From Gekko japonicus (Eukaryota), in the NCBI RefSeq assembly GCF_001447785.1, contig NW_015170414.1, positions 1 through 64,000 on the forward strand: DNA of 64,000 nt, in the 5' to 3' direction. The translations under genes and the position numbers were made by a program. Shown here in pieces: positions 45,765 through 58,791 of this stretch. A model generated the notes under the pieces. The model searched no databases. It saw only the letters and a program-made list of their open reading frames with translations, and had not been told where the DNA came from. The number at the start of each line of letters is the position of its first letter. Position 1 is the first letter of the stretch.

Positions 45765-46927
45765 TCATATGGCTTCTTGAACCCCATTGTGGCTTCCTTC
45801 ATGAATATTTATTCCGAAAACTACACTGTGCTTGATTTCCTTTTTGTCTCTCTTTTTCATATCTCAGGGAGGCTCACCTGTATAGAGGCAGATGCTGCTT
45901 GCTCATTGGATTCCTTATATAAATGTGCTCCTACTGAAATCCCTCACATATTGTGTAGCCCTTTGTTGCCTTTCTGTGGTAGCCTCTTTTGCTGGCATTA
46001 ATTCTTGGTATCCAGTGCCCATATTCAAAGGCTGTGCTAGATAAAACCATCCTAACCACTCCTGCAAAATGCTGTCCAAGGAAAATGTCTTCTGAGATAG
46101 ATATAACTGCAAGATATTGCTGGATCATGGAAGGATGTATCCACTCTACAGTATGTGCTTTGGAGAGGTGAAGCTGATTGGAAGGCTTCTTCAGAGAAAA
46201 CTGAATTGGCATGTTTGTAGCAGAAGCTGGCCATGCACTGTGTTGACTGGCTGGATATGTTTTGATTGCACAAACCCACTTCTCCCATTTTGGAATCAGA
46301 TTTTCAAAAACTGGGCGTGTATGTTTATAGGGGAAGCTGGCTGGAGTAGGTGGGTTGATTGAGGGCCCCTTCCTTAGGTGGCAGTCAGACTTGCATTCCC
46401 TTACCTGTCTGCAACCTTCCTTCCTTTGGATGGACCAGATATGGTAATCACAGCCACAACTCTAATCATGGGAGTTGTTAACCAGGAGGATCCCAGAGCA
46501 CCATTCCCCTTTTATCATGAAAATGACGGTGCCTAAGGAATGACAAGTTTAAAAACTTTTATGAAAAAATTCAACTTCATTTGAAAGCCAAAAGTGCAAA
46601 AGAAAGTAGTGCAAAGTTACTGGAAGCTTGAATTAAAAAAAAAATCAAGGCAAACACAATCAGAAGCTCTGCTCAAAAGCAAAGGAAGAGAATGGTTGAT
46701 TGGCTTGTACAAACAGAGCGATGACCCTGCAGTTGTGATGGATTTCAAAATGTGTAGGAAAAAGTCAAAGCAATGGCATTTGACTGAGCCAAAACAGGTA
46801 AAGTGGACCAGATAAGGCAAAAACAAAAAACAATTTCCTTGCACGGTAAACCTTTCCCCCTAACATAGAACTTACATTTTCCTTAATTGAATCTGGTCGG
46901 CACAGCACATGCAGTTCCTCAACTGAG

Positions 46928-47295
46928 TAGGGATGGCCATGAACCACATTTCTGTGGTTTGGTTCAGTTCGTGGTTCATAACTGAACCATGAATTAAACC
47001 ACAAACCGATATGCCAATTTGTAAACCAAATTGATTCATATCTGTTTGTGAGCCGTTTAAAGATTTAAACCCATTTTTTCCTCCTCATGGCTTTTTCCTG
47101 AGCCATTTAAACCCTGTTTTCTGCTCCCCGTGAAAAGCTGTAAGCAGAAAGCAAGGATCTCCAAACAGCTGAGTGGTGGGGACTGCCGCTCAGCTGTTCA
47201 GTTTAAATAGCTCCAAGCCATTTAAACCCCGCTTTCTGTTCCCCATGGCTTTTCACGCGGAACAGAAAGCAGAGGTTTGCCATTTAAATACCTGC
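46928..47295 (+). mobile_element. TAGGGATGG-ended hAT-like element fragment
   Basis: TAGGGATGGCCA end, GAACC/GGTTC subterminal repeats and repeated 'gccatttaaaccc' units. A related fragment lies at about 48791-49190. Confidence 0.55.
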
Positions 47296-48575
47296 TTTAA
47301 GTGAAGTGAAGCATCCACATAGACATTCTACCCGCAACCACCCCACACTTCCTGCTATGAGCAAGAACTTCCAGCCACCCACATGCGGGGAAATCCCTTA
47401 ATTTCAAGAGGTTACAGAGATGAGGAACACTGCAAAGCCTTCTCAATTATAACCCTAGAACTGATTTACTTAAGAAGACCCCCGTCAACCCATTTCTGCC
47501 AACTCTTAGTAACTGCCCATTTGGTAACTGCTTTTGAGGGGAGCTGTGCCTGTATCATGGTACAGTCTCCTGGAAGATACCAGAAGATCTACAGTGCTTC
47601 TGTGGTTCTGGAAGAGGTGCAAGACCAAACATTTTTAGAAGGATTCTGGCTCATGGTAGAAGTGGTTTTTAACACTCTAATTCTGAAAGGGAGCTGCTTG
47701 TACTTTTAATAATTTGTTATGGCTGGATAGTATATTGGTTATTTATTTTTTTATGTTAGCTTTTTGTAGTTACCCACTCCATGCCCAAATTGGGAGAAAA
47801 AGGTGGATTTAAGTACACAAATTAACATCATGTTAGTGGAATATTCCGTGGTTTGTATCCAACCAGCTTTTCCCATGGTCAAAAAAGTATGGCAGGGATC
47901 AAATCACCCAAAAAGATTTTGCTGGGATTCATGGGTCCTGCATGGACAAAAGCCATGTGGGAAGGAGGCCATAATAAAACAGGAACTGAGCAGGATTGAA
48001 TGAAAAGGCTGACTGGATCCAACATCTTGTCTTAGTTTTATTGCTACCCACTTAAGTGTGTTAGATTGTGTGGGACCCCTGTTCCAGTGGGCAACTAAAC
48101 TTCCGATAAATACTTAACAAGAACCCCAATGGAGCGAGGCAAACTTCTTGCTTCCTTTTTAATGCTTTTGATATACATACATATTACTAATATTATACTA
48201 ATATATTTATGTTATGGAATGCTGGGTCTGTGTCTTACATCTTCTCCCATGCTTTAGATGGGTAGTCCATCTTTTGCTTGCAAATTTCCTCCATTTAACA
48301 TTTGTTTGGCACCTTGGGGTTTTTTGTAATTTGTCAATGCCATTTCCCCCCCCCCTTTTTGCTGAATTTCTCCCCTTTCCCCATTTTTAACTCATTTAAC
48401 AGACTCCCCAGGCTCTTGTAGCAATGTATATAGCTTTCTGAATTACATCCAGCAGCCATGTGGCTTATGGAGATTTTTCTCTCCCTTGGGAAGAGGTGAT
48501 AATCCTTTGCTTCCTGTCATCACTGTCCCAGGAAAAATTTAAGCCTTAGGCTTGGCTCCTGGCCAATCTCAGCAG

Positions 48576-48627
48576 NNNNNNNNNNNNNNNNNNNNNNNNN
48601 NNNNNNNNNNNNNNNNNNNNNNNNNNN
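48576..48627. other. Assembly gap (52 N)
   Basis: Run of N. Confidence 1.
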
Positions 48628-49338
48628 AGCAGGAAAAACCCAGTTACTTCTGCAAAGACTAGCCTATTCCTGACAAAAAGTGGATAGTTTGCCAAATTCT
48701 ATACAGCTTCAAGTCATGGTTCCCAGGTGTGTGTTTTGCTGGATTTGTTCAGCAGCACTAGCTGTTACTGAGAGAATGTGCTTTCATTCGTAGGGATGGA
48801 CACAAACTGGCTGACAACTAAAATTCATCACAAATTTTGGGTGGTTCGTAGTTCACAAAGTGATCTTCATAAACTGAAGACCTGCCATGAACTTCCAAGA
48901 ATTTTGATGCAGTTTGTGAAGAGCAGAAATGCTCTTCATGAGAAACAGCTGAGCAGTGGGGAGCTCCCCACTGCTCAGCTGTTTGGCTTAACTGGCTCAG
49001 AGCCATTTAAACCACTGCTTTCTGATCCCTGCAAAAAGACATGGGGAGCAGAAAGCAGGGATTTCCAAACCGCTGAGCGGTGGAGACCACCACACAGAGG
49101 TTTGGTTTAGATTGCTCCAAGCCATTTAAACCCTGCTTTCTGTTCCCTGTGGCTTCAGCTGTCTGGAAACCCCTGCTTTCTGCTTTCTTTAGAAGGAGCA
49201 AGGATTGTAAATAAATTGATGCTGGCTGAGGAGGAAACAATGATATGCTGAGAATATGTCCAAAAAACAACAGGGAACCCAGTGTATAATCTAAGAAATT
49301 ATACAAAGAACACTGTGTAAAAATATATGTATTTCCAC

Positions 49339-49803
49339 CAGGGGTCATTTCGTAGAAAAAGAGCTAGGGGGACTCATTAGCATAACTCATTAGCATATGC
49401 CACACCCCCTGACATCACCATAAGTGTGTCATAAGGCCACACCTCCTGACATCACCGGAAATGTGTAATAAGGCCACACCCCACCCCCAACTGTCCCGGC
49501 CGCCGGTGCCGGCCTTGCAGCTCCACTGTCGAGCCCCATGAGGGGCCCGGCGGTGGACCTGCAAGGCCAGCAGGAGTGCAAGGAAGCCCCGCGAAGGCCC
49601 TCCCGGGCCCCAGGCAGGCAGGGGTGGGGAGAGGCAGGGAGGAAGCAACTTACCCTCCCTCTTCTCCTGCCTCCTCCTGGCTGAATGAGGGCCGGAAACG
49701 GGGCGGCCGGAAGCAGGGGGCGGGGCTTCGTCATGTGCCCCGCCCCCTGTACCTCACCCGGGGAGACTGCGTTCCCCCGCGTTCCCCCCCGAAATGACCT
49801 CTG
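49339..49803 (+). mobile_element. Young hAT MITE (CAGGGGTCATTTCG family), copy 2
   Basis: TIRs as in copy 1. Perfect 8-bp TSD atttccac. Confidence 0.93.
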
Positions 49804-52702
49804 ATTTCCACACTTATCTATGTTTTGAAATAAGTATAAGGTAATTTGTGCTACTGTATATGTTGTGTAATAATTTAGGAACATAGACAAGTGTGGAAAT
49901 ACACGTACTAATAGTCTTTTTACATAGTGGTGTCTGTATAATTTCTGAGATGTCCAAGGCTGCTTCATTAGTATTCCCTTGTACAATTAACTCCATAACG
50001 TCTCTTGGTTGTGTGACGGTGGAGTAGGTCTGTTTGCATATTGGCTAAAGGAATGGAATGTGTGATCTGAGTTCCTGTGCCAGAAGAAAAATAACGAAAC
50101 TTTGGTGTCAGTGATTGCCTGAAGTTATTGAACCTGCTAGGGAAAAATCAACAGTAAATTTGCTGCTGACACTGAGAAGCAGTACATTGATTTTTCAGAG
50201 ACCATACACATTTAGAAAAGGTGTTACAAACAAAAAAAAGGTCACTTTTTCACTTTTGAAGGCCTTTTGTGAAGCAGGTACATTACATAAACACCAATAA
50301 ACTATGAATCAGGAAAGAGGTCAGCTCTGAACTCAAGATTTCTTGTGAACCTCATATTGCTATTGCAAATTGGCCAAACCGCCAATTGGTTTAACTCACC
50401 CATTGAGCATTCCCTATTTGTTTCGGGGTAATACTGAATGGAACTCTGAGCCCCTTTCAAATCATAATTCTATTGATTAGTTTATACTAGGTTGATGCAA
50501 GGATAACAGATTTTTTCCCTTGTAACCCCACTCCCCCGCAGTTCTTTCTTCAAGAAAATTGGTTCCTGGGGTTGCAGGGCTCATGTAGACTATTAATAGC
50601 CACTGTGGATGGCGGGGCAGAGTGCTGCACAGAGGAATGGAAGGGGGCAAAATCTCCCTCTCCTCCTTGTTCCCTCAGCATAGCTCCACTGTCAGAAGAT
50701 GTAGAAGTGGCAATTTCTCCATCTTTCTCAATGCAGCCCCTCCCAACCCACAGCCCATGGCTATTAGACCACATGGGTTCTACAATGCAAGGAACAATTT
50801 TTCTCCAGGGAAGAAAGGACTGCACATAGGGAAAGGGGAACAAGGGAACGATCCATATCTGTCAGTGCGTTCTGCTTACAGACTGAAGGATCCAACAAAC
50901 CGTTCCTGTGATAATTGCTGTACTTGCACACACAAAAATCTGGAAGACAGAGATAATAGATTAACCTGTTTTAAGATGAAGCATGGTTTATTAAATCCTA
51001 AGATTTTACTATTGTTCATGAAGTCAATCTGTGGGGGGCAGGTATCAGTGTTTCTGACTCTAGGTAGAATGCTTTGGTACATCCTGTGAAAACCACCTTC
51101 TTGGAGTCCTTAGCCCAGACAGCAGGGGTGACTACCTAATCTGACAATATCCAGGGTGACAGCATGGCTCCATTTGCTGTCAAACCCAAACACTTCTAGT
51201 AAGTGTTATTTTAAGCCTGCTGGTCTTGACCAGGTCAGCTGCCTAAGTAATTTAGAGAGAGATGCCAGTCTGGAAAATAGCCTGTTTGCTGTTCAGGTGT
51301 CTTCTATTCCATTCTGAGAAATGGTAACTGCAGAGCAGGAAGGTGGATGCTTATGATAGTCTTCTGTTGCAAAGTACTTGCTTTGTGAGTGTGTGAACTA
51401 CTGATGCTTTGATGTCATAATACTCAAACCTCATGTATAGGAAAAAAATGGTTTAGCGTCAAAGATGTATGTCTCAGAGTCCCTTATTTCCAGGGACATC
51501 TCTGATTGTAATAATTCATTTTCTTATTTTAGAATAAATTGTCATACTGTCATTGTTTCTATGCTGTCCCTTATGAGCCTTGCGGTGCCCCTTCCCATGC
51601 ATCTCTTTGCGGTCCTGTTTTAATGGATCCGCCTATCATGCTGTCTGTGCATATCAGAGGACTATAGGAGTAAACAGTAAACTCCATGGATAGCTCTTTT
51701 CCTAGTTGTTTCTCTATCTAGATCCTTCCGAGGTATTTAAATGCAGTAATTCTGAGATGGTTATTTAGTAGTTGTGTAGAATCTTCAATGGAGAAAGACC
51801 TGATAGTGAACGACTTTTTTCGGATGGAGAAAAGGCTTTCTTTTTAAAGGATTCCCCCCACCCACCCATGCCAGAGGATACTTGATGGAAGAGAGTCAGC
51901 CCCATGTCTACTGTGTACTCAAATCATATTGAAGCCTCTGAAACATAGTTACTGATGGTATGGATGTTTGCTCTGTAACTGGGAGTGCTTGTATTCAACA
52001 TATTTATCTGTTTAGATTCCCATGCTGCTCCATTTTGAAGGATCAGGAGAGGTAACAAGAGTTAACTAAGAAAAAAAACCTTACCCACCCAGCAAACTGG
52101 AATAAAATGTTATCAGATTCCAATTTCCCCGTGCTTTACTAGCTTGAATTCTGAGCCCTTACTCAGAATTCTGAGCCACTGCTCCTATGACTGCTACCTT
52201 CAGGCTGCATGATCATTCCGGCTGGCATTTTTACAAGTGCAGTCATGACATTTAAGGGTGACTACTGGCTCCAGGCCTTGATAACTTTCCCTTCAACTGA
52301 AGCATAAAAATTAAAGCCTAACGGCAATACATACAACTATGTTAAGGATCACATCCTGATGTAAGTGCAAGGAAATATATTCAAGTTCAACCAAGTAAAA
52401 TACAGCTTTACAGATGGCTTTCATAAAGGCTTACAAGGTGCCCACTAATGGTGGGCAAACTCTGATGCCCATTGATGGTGATCTGGTCAGCAGGCAGAAG
52501 CAGGCAAGCAAAACGGGGCAGTAATCTTCATTGCCACACAATGACATCATTTCTGGCATGACCTGGAAGTGCTGACATTGCACCAGGGCAATGCTGGTGC
52601 TTCTAGGGCACACTAGAAGTGATACCATCTCATGGCAATGATGACCCACCCCCCCGTAGTAAGTATCTCCCTTCCCCATCTCCTGCTATTTGCCATGCCT
52701 GA

Positions 52703-52921
52703 TAGGGTTGCCAGGTCTGGGTTGGAAAATACCTGGAGACTTTGGGGGCGGATCCAGGAGAGGGCGGGGTTTGGGTAGGGGAGGGGCCTCAGCATAGTAC
52801 AGTGCCATAGAATCCTCCCTTCAAAGCAGCCATTTCCTCCAAGGGAACTGATCTCTGTCAGCTGGAGATCAGTTGTAAAAGTGGGAGATCCCCAGGCCCC
52901 ACCTGGAGACTGGCAGCTCTA
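52703..52921 (+). mobile_element. TAGGGTTGCCA-family MITE nested in an older relative (about 52430-52937)
   Basis: Perfect TSD atgcctga (52695-52702, 52922-52929). The host element end 'tgacaaccctg' follows. Confidence 0.87.
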
Positions 52922-53545
52922 ATGCCTGACAACCCTGCTTTCATCCTTGGAATTAGAGCATCAGGCACAAGTGACATTTGCTGAGTTGTAAATGCAGGCT
53001 AGCATAGTTCACAGAAGTTAGAATTCTGTATTGGATGCTGCATGCACGCTCATTTTCCGTAACTGCCTGCTGCTATTATATCTCTAACCTTTCCCCATCT
53101 CCACCTGTTTCCATTATTGCCACTATTCTGCATTTAATGTAATGATAGTGCTTTACAGTGATGGTGCTGGGAGAGCAGGCAGGAGCACTGGAAACAAAGT
53201 TACAGGAGATTTGATTGAAATCTTTTTCACTGAAAGTCCAGAAATGGAATCTGAACATCCATATATGCCTACTACTGAAACTTCAGTCCATTTAGTTCAG
53301 TTTTATCCACTCTAAAACACCCCAGTCCTCGAGGGTCTCAGGCAGGAGTCTCAGTTTTCTTCTGTTCCTCTGAATAAATATTGTCCTGGAACTGCGCATT
53401 ATTGTCCTCTGATCACCTTTAGAACATCCAGGCCTCTCTGAGCACTACCAAACAATAGGGGATGGTCTTATAAAAATGCAAAAAATATAACTTCTGAATG
53501 TGCAAAATACTGATCCTTACCTGGAATCTGGTTTTCTATTTCTAG

Positions 53546-53577
53546 AAACTGTCCTATGCTAAAGAAGTAATGGGCGG
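53546..53577 (+). CDS. IMPG2: IMPG2 exon 4 (32 nt)
   Basis: tttctAG|AAA CTG TCC TAT GCT AAA GAA GTA ATG GGC GG|GTAAGT = KLSYAKEVMG(G), compare human KLTYAKETVS. Phase 0 to 2. Confidence 0.93.
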
Positions 53578-53677
53578 GTAAGTATCTACATTGCCCTATA
53601 TTTTATAATACCGTGTAAAAAGTACAAAGCAGTTTGAGTAATTTGTACATCTTTTCTTTTATTCTGATTTTCTTCAG

Positions 53678-53701
53678 ATCCTGCACTGACTGGACCTGTG
53701 G
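53678..53701 (+). CDS. IMPG2: IMPG2 24-nt symmetric microexon
   Basis: Long pyrimidine tract, cAG|A TCC TGC ACT GAC TGG ACC TGT GG|GTAAGT = (G)SCTDWTC(G). Phase 2 to 2, 100 nt after exon 4. Confidence 0.88.
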
Positions 53702-54546
53702 GTAAGTCACTGGTTTAAAGCTTCACAGTCCCTTCCCTTTCTGGCCATGGCGGATGCTGAGTTTAACACCAGCATCTTACGACTCTCTGTTTCCTAAGCA
53801 CTGAAAAAGGCATTAGAGGTTTAAGCAGACTGCAGATCTCCAAGCAGACTCATGGACCTGTGCAACTTTGACATGTATGTTCAATATATTGTTGCCTATT
53901 TGAACTTAACATAAAGCCTCGTCCCACCAGATGGAAATGTATGTGGAGCAAGAAGGGGGTGTGTGACACTTTTTGAGGGATATATACTGTATGGGGAAAG
54001 TTTTGATTGTACAGACTTTGGCTTGCAGCTTAGTAATATACCTATGAAAGATTTTTAAAACATTGATTCTGCTTTAGAAGATAGGATTAAGAAGCCCTTT
54101 CGGCTTTGCTATCACAGGCAACAAGATCCATGTTTTCAAGGAGGCTTAGATGTTTGTTTCTTAACCAGCAGTCTCCCATGTGATATGTTAAATGACTTTT
54201 AAAACAGAAGGATTTCCACAGACATTTGTGATATGGCATGGAGGGTATGTTATTCTGGGGGGGGGAGTTAAAAATCTGTATGGCCTTGGAAGGGCAAGTC
54301 TATAGAGTCACCTAAAGGGACTCTCGGGTTCCAAGCCTATATATTATGTACAAGGAGAACAGCTGCCTGACTGCAGTTGGCCACTGCCTGTAGGGTTGGA
54401 TGCACAGTGGCATAAAAGACTCTAAAAACAAAGATAACTGTTCCTGTAAAATGATTCTGTAACTACCCAGTAGCCTAAGAATAATAAAGTTACTGAAGTT
54501 ATGACAATGACAGCAAATAAAATGGAAACAATTTTTTTAAACAAAA

Positions 54547-54892
54547 GCTGCGGTGGCTCAAGTGGTTAAGACGCTGAACTGCAGGCTGTGGAAGGTCAGT
54601 AGTTCAGCAGTTCGAGACCCGAGTGTGCCGCATGATGGAGTGAGCTCCCATCTCTTGTTTCAGCTCCTGCCAACCTAGCAGTTTGAAAGCAAGAAATTGC
54701 AAGTAGATAAATAGGTACCACTTCGGTGGGAAGGTAATAGCGTTCCGTGCACCTTGGTGTTTAGTCATGCCAGCCACATGACCACGGAAACGTCTTCGGA
54801 CAGCGCTGGCTCTTCGGCTTTGAAACGGAGATGAGCACCGCAGCCCTAGAGTCGGATTCGACTCGAGCAAGGGAACCTTTACCTTTACCTTT
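54547..54892 (+). mobile_element. Sauria SINE
   Basis: Collinear with 16792-17127; (ACCTTT)3 tail. Confidence 0.92.
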
Positions 54893-55071
54893 TTTACAAA
54901 TTATTTTCCTTGTTTGCCTAGAATGTGTTGTCTCCTCTGCTCTTTTCAAATTCTGTACTTTCAGATGAGAGGGGGGCAAGGTCTCTTCCTACAGATTTGT
55001 TCCCATATAACATTAAACAAAGCGCCTGTAAAGCAAAATGTTGCAAGCATTAGATTTACTTTAGACATCTT

Positions 55072-55479
55072 CAGAGGTCATTTCGGGGGCGATCGCGGGG
55101 GATCGCAGTTCCCCCGGGTGAGGTACGGGGGCGGGGCACATGGCGAAGCCCCGCCCCACTTCCGGCCCTCATTCAGCCAGGAGGAGGCAGGAGAAGAGGG
55201 AGGGTAAGTTGCTTCCTCCCTGCCACTCCCCACCCCTGCCTGCCTGGGGCCAGAGAGGGCCTTTGTGGGGCTTCCTCGCACTCCCGCTGGCCTTGCAGGT
55301 CCACCACCGGGCCCCTCATGGACCGTTGGGGGCGGGGTGTGTGGCCTTATGACACACTTCTGGTGATGGCAGGGGGTGTGGCCTCATGACACACTTCCGG
55401 TGATGTCAGGGGATGTGGCATATGCTAGTGAGTTATGCTAATGAGTTCCCCTAGCTCTTTTTCTACGAAACGACCCCTG
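55072..55479 (-). mobile_element. Young hAT MITE (CAGGGGTCATTTCG family), copy 3
   Basis: Inverted relative to copies 1 and 2. Perfect 8-bp TSD gacatctt. Small internal deletions. Confidence 0.93.
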
Positions 55480-55742
55480 GACATCTTCCTATGCGGGGTT
55501 TACTTCTTCTCTTGTGCATTTTATGGTAAAGTATAACAGCCATCAATACTATAAGTTGTCACTTTCACTGTAACATAAGTGGTTTGCGACTTGCTGCTAC
55601 AACTTGTCCCAGTTAGAAGGGTAATGAAAAAGCATTCCACAAGCAAAAACATGCACAGTCAGGAAACGTGTTACCATGCAATTTGTATGACTCACCCAGG
55701 GATGGCTGCTTGCTACCGTTCAACAGCAGCCACCCCATGAAA

Positions 55743-55905
55743 GGAGTGTAGCGTAGTGTTTAGACTTTCAGAGTTGGATCTGGGAGAGCCAGGTTTGAAT
55801 CCCCACTCTGCCATGTAAGCTCACTGGGTGACCTTGGCCCAGTCATACACTCTCAGCCTAACTTACCTCACAGGGTAGTTGTGAGGAGAAAATGAAGAAG
55901 AGAAT
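55743..55905 (+). mobile_element. Older MIR/Squam3-like SINE
   Basis: Boxes A and B plus 'tacctcacagggtagttgtgagga' CORE. Confidence 0.75.
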
Positions 55906-55906
55906 T

Positions 55907-57195
55907 TTATTTATTTATTTATTGTATTTATACTCCCCCTTGCCTGACAAGCAGGCTCAAGGCGGCTAACAGGATTAAATAGCATGACAAAAAATTAAAA
56001 CAATTAATAAATACCATATCAGTTAAAACAAGAAAACAACAACAATTACAGAACCAACTATGGCAGCAATCCAATCAAATCCCGAGATAGGGGTAGTAAC
56101 CAGCGGAGACTCTGGCCAGAAGATGGTCTAAGTTCAGCCAGAAGATGTTCCAGGGCACACCCCTCAGTGGCGACCCCCAATTGAACTCCTGGTGGAAGAG
56201 CGCCATTTTACAGGCCCTGCGGAACTGTGAGAGGTCCCACAGGGCCCTGATGTTCTCTGGGAGCTCATTCCACCAATATGGGGCCACCACCGAGAAAGCC
56301 CTGGCTCTGGTAGCATTCATCTTGGCTTCTTTTGGACCAGGGAGGGTCAACCGATGTTGCAACCCTGACCTCAGTGCTCTCTGGGACTCGTATGGGGAGA
56401 GGAAGTCCCTCAGGTAGGCAGGCCCCTGACCATATAGGGCTTTAAAGGTTAAAACCAGCACCTTGAACTGAACTTGGTACGCTATAGGCAACCAGTGCAG
56501 TGTCCTCAGCACAGGCCAGATGTGGTCCTGTAGGGAGAGGCCCATCAACAGCCTGGCTGTGGCATTCTGCACTAGCTGCAGCCTCCGGATCTGGGACAAA
56601 GGCAACCCCATGTAGAGAGCATTACAGTAGTCTAATCTCGAGGTGACCATCACTGTTGCAAGGTTGTTGCATTCGAGGAAGGGAACCAACTGCCTGAACC
56701 GCCATAGATGGTAAAAGGCCACATTGGGAGTGGCTGCTACCTGGGCCTCCATTGTTAAAGAGGCAACCAGGAGTGCTCCCAAACTCCTGACCCACGGCGC
56801 TGGCACCAGAGGCGCCCCACCGAAGGTTGGTAGTGAGATTCCTACCTCCGATCCGCTCCGACTGAAGCACAGGACCTCCATCTTCGTTGGATTCAATTTC
56901 ATTCGACTCAGTCTAAGCCAGCCCGCCACATCCTGAAGTGCCCGCCCCAGGTCATCAGGGCTGGAGTCGGACCGGCTGCCCAGCAACAGATACAGTTGGG
57001 TGTCATCAGCGTACTGGTGACACCCCAAGCCATGCCTCCAGGCAATCTGGGTGAGGGGGCGCATGTAGATGTTGAACAACATCGGGGACAGTACCGGCCA
57101 TTGCAGCACCCCACACACCAGTGGGTGCCTCTGGGACGTCTGCTCCCCTAGTGCCACCCTCTGTCCCCGACCCTGGAGAAAAGAGGACCACTCTA
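55907..57195 (-). mobile_element. L2-clade LINE 3' part
   Basis: 381-aa minus ORF with LFNIYM, QYADDTQLY, KLNPTK, SRLDYCNALY and LHWLP. (TTTA)n tail. Confidence 0.95.
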
Positions 57196-58281
57196 CGAGT
57201 ATAGGTCCTTGGTACTGCACAGCTTCTTTCTCTTCAGCTTATTGTACCATTTGCTCTGACTTAAACTGAGGTCAGTCCTTCCAGTACTGTTTCCATAGAT
57301 GCCATCTCAGACTGGTAGCCTTTCTTCATTTTCCCCATACTGTTACCAAGGCCTCTCATCATTCTGCCTCATTCCAGTCCCTTCTTCTCTGACATACCCG
57401 TTACCATTTCTTGCACTGTGCTCAACTCCCACCTTGGTGCACATCATGGTTCTTACTCTGATTCCTCAGTCTCTCCTGTTCTGTTCCAATGTATTTCCTT
57501 TGACTTTCGTATTAAACTCTAGCCCTCCAAAATCTAAACAATGCTTTAGTAACAATAGAAGAAACATCACCAGGAATACATATCTCCCCCTTTCTCGTAA
57601 ATCAGAACAATAAGAAGTAAAAGCCTCTTCATTAACAGTACATGTTTCTATTTGGCATTGTTTCTTTTGTTTTTCCAAGAGCCTGGAGAAAAAGCCCAAA
57701 ATAAAGCTAGTCTGACCACACTGTTGTACTTTTGGCTTGTTTTACCTCATTTCACAAACTGTTGTTTCCCCTCCATCTTCCTTAGGTCAGACAAAAAGCT
57801 AAATAATGCCACAACAGTTCATTTAGCTTTCCTAGCCTCAGGTACCGAACGTGGGTTTTTCCAAGGCACATTAGGGAGAAAGCAAAGATATGACGCCTAT
57901 GGCTTTACTCTGTCTTTTCTTTAGATGGACAAGCTTTGCATTAGTGGCCCATGATCACTGTCCAGAAGCCTCTGCTGGTCTAAAATGCTGAACCCCATCT
58001 GCTAGCTGGGATGGGTTACAGAGAGTGCATCACACCATTATCCCAGGATCTGCATTGCTTCCTTGCTATTCTATGAGCACAATTCAAAGGCCAGCTGTGA
58101 CTTGTTTGATACACATTTTACTGATAACATTGTTTACATCCTCCAGGATTTAGACAGCACAATTTTGGCAGGACAGTATCAGAATGTAACTGTAGAGTAC
58201 ATTGTGGTATTGTCTGGATGAGTTTCAGTCGTTTTTGGCCTACGGATATGAAAAAGCTGCATGAAGCAGCTTGAAGCAGAA

Positions 58282-58657
58282 TGTCATGTCCTATCAAAGC
58301 TCAAGCCTTGCCCATCATGACATCTAGTGAAAGGGGATTTTCGGTCTGGGTCAAGGGAGCAGTAAACGATTTATAGAATGTTGTGTCCGCTGACCGCCAC
58401 CAGGGGCCAGCGAATACCTCAGAGCTTGACTCTGGAAGAACTATGGGGCCTAGGCTCCTGGTCCCTCCACTGGGGGACCAATGGGATTGTGGCGGGAGAT
58501 TTAAACCCACCAACAGGACCTGGGGTGTGTGTCCCCAGATATGTACATAGTTGGCCAGCCGGCTGTTAGTCTTTAGTCTTTGTTGTGTACTTGCAGGCGT
58601 GCAGGGTATCATGCGAGCCGCAGCGTGTCTTCCATGTGGCTAACCCACTACACAATA
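58282..58657 (+). mobile_element. Putative 5' LTR of the Gypsy element
   Basis: Starts TGTCATGT and ends just before the PBS. No second LTR is available to confirm the left boundary. Confidence 0.55.
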
Positions 58658-58658
58658 G

Positions 58659-58676
58659 TGGTGACGAAGGTGGGAT
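58659..58676 (+). promoter_or_regulatory. Primer-binding site, tRNA-Ser(GCT)-type
   Basis: TGGTGACGAAGGTGGGAT is complementary, with one CpG-type mismatch, to the recalled tRNA-Ser 3' end ATCCCACCTTCGTCGCCA. Confidence 0.75.
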
Positions 58677-58791
58677 ACCGCTAGGTCAGCCGTGCTGCCG
58701 AGTGGCGACTGAAAGCATGCAGCTCCACAGCTGACCGATGAGCGAGAGCGCGGGAGAAGCCGATTCTGCACCGCCAACCTCGACGGGGACA

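Noticed and set aside
45860-46430. DIRS tyrosine recombinase remnant (KAHT..)
   Set aside because: A single short motif with no other support.
57925-57977. Next IMPG2 exon after a good acceptor (tcttttctttAG)
   Set aside because: Weak donor (GTCTAA) and no resemblance to the expected IMPG2 peptide. The next exon is probably beyond the window.
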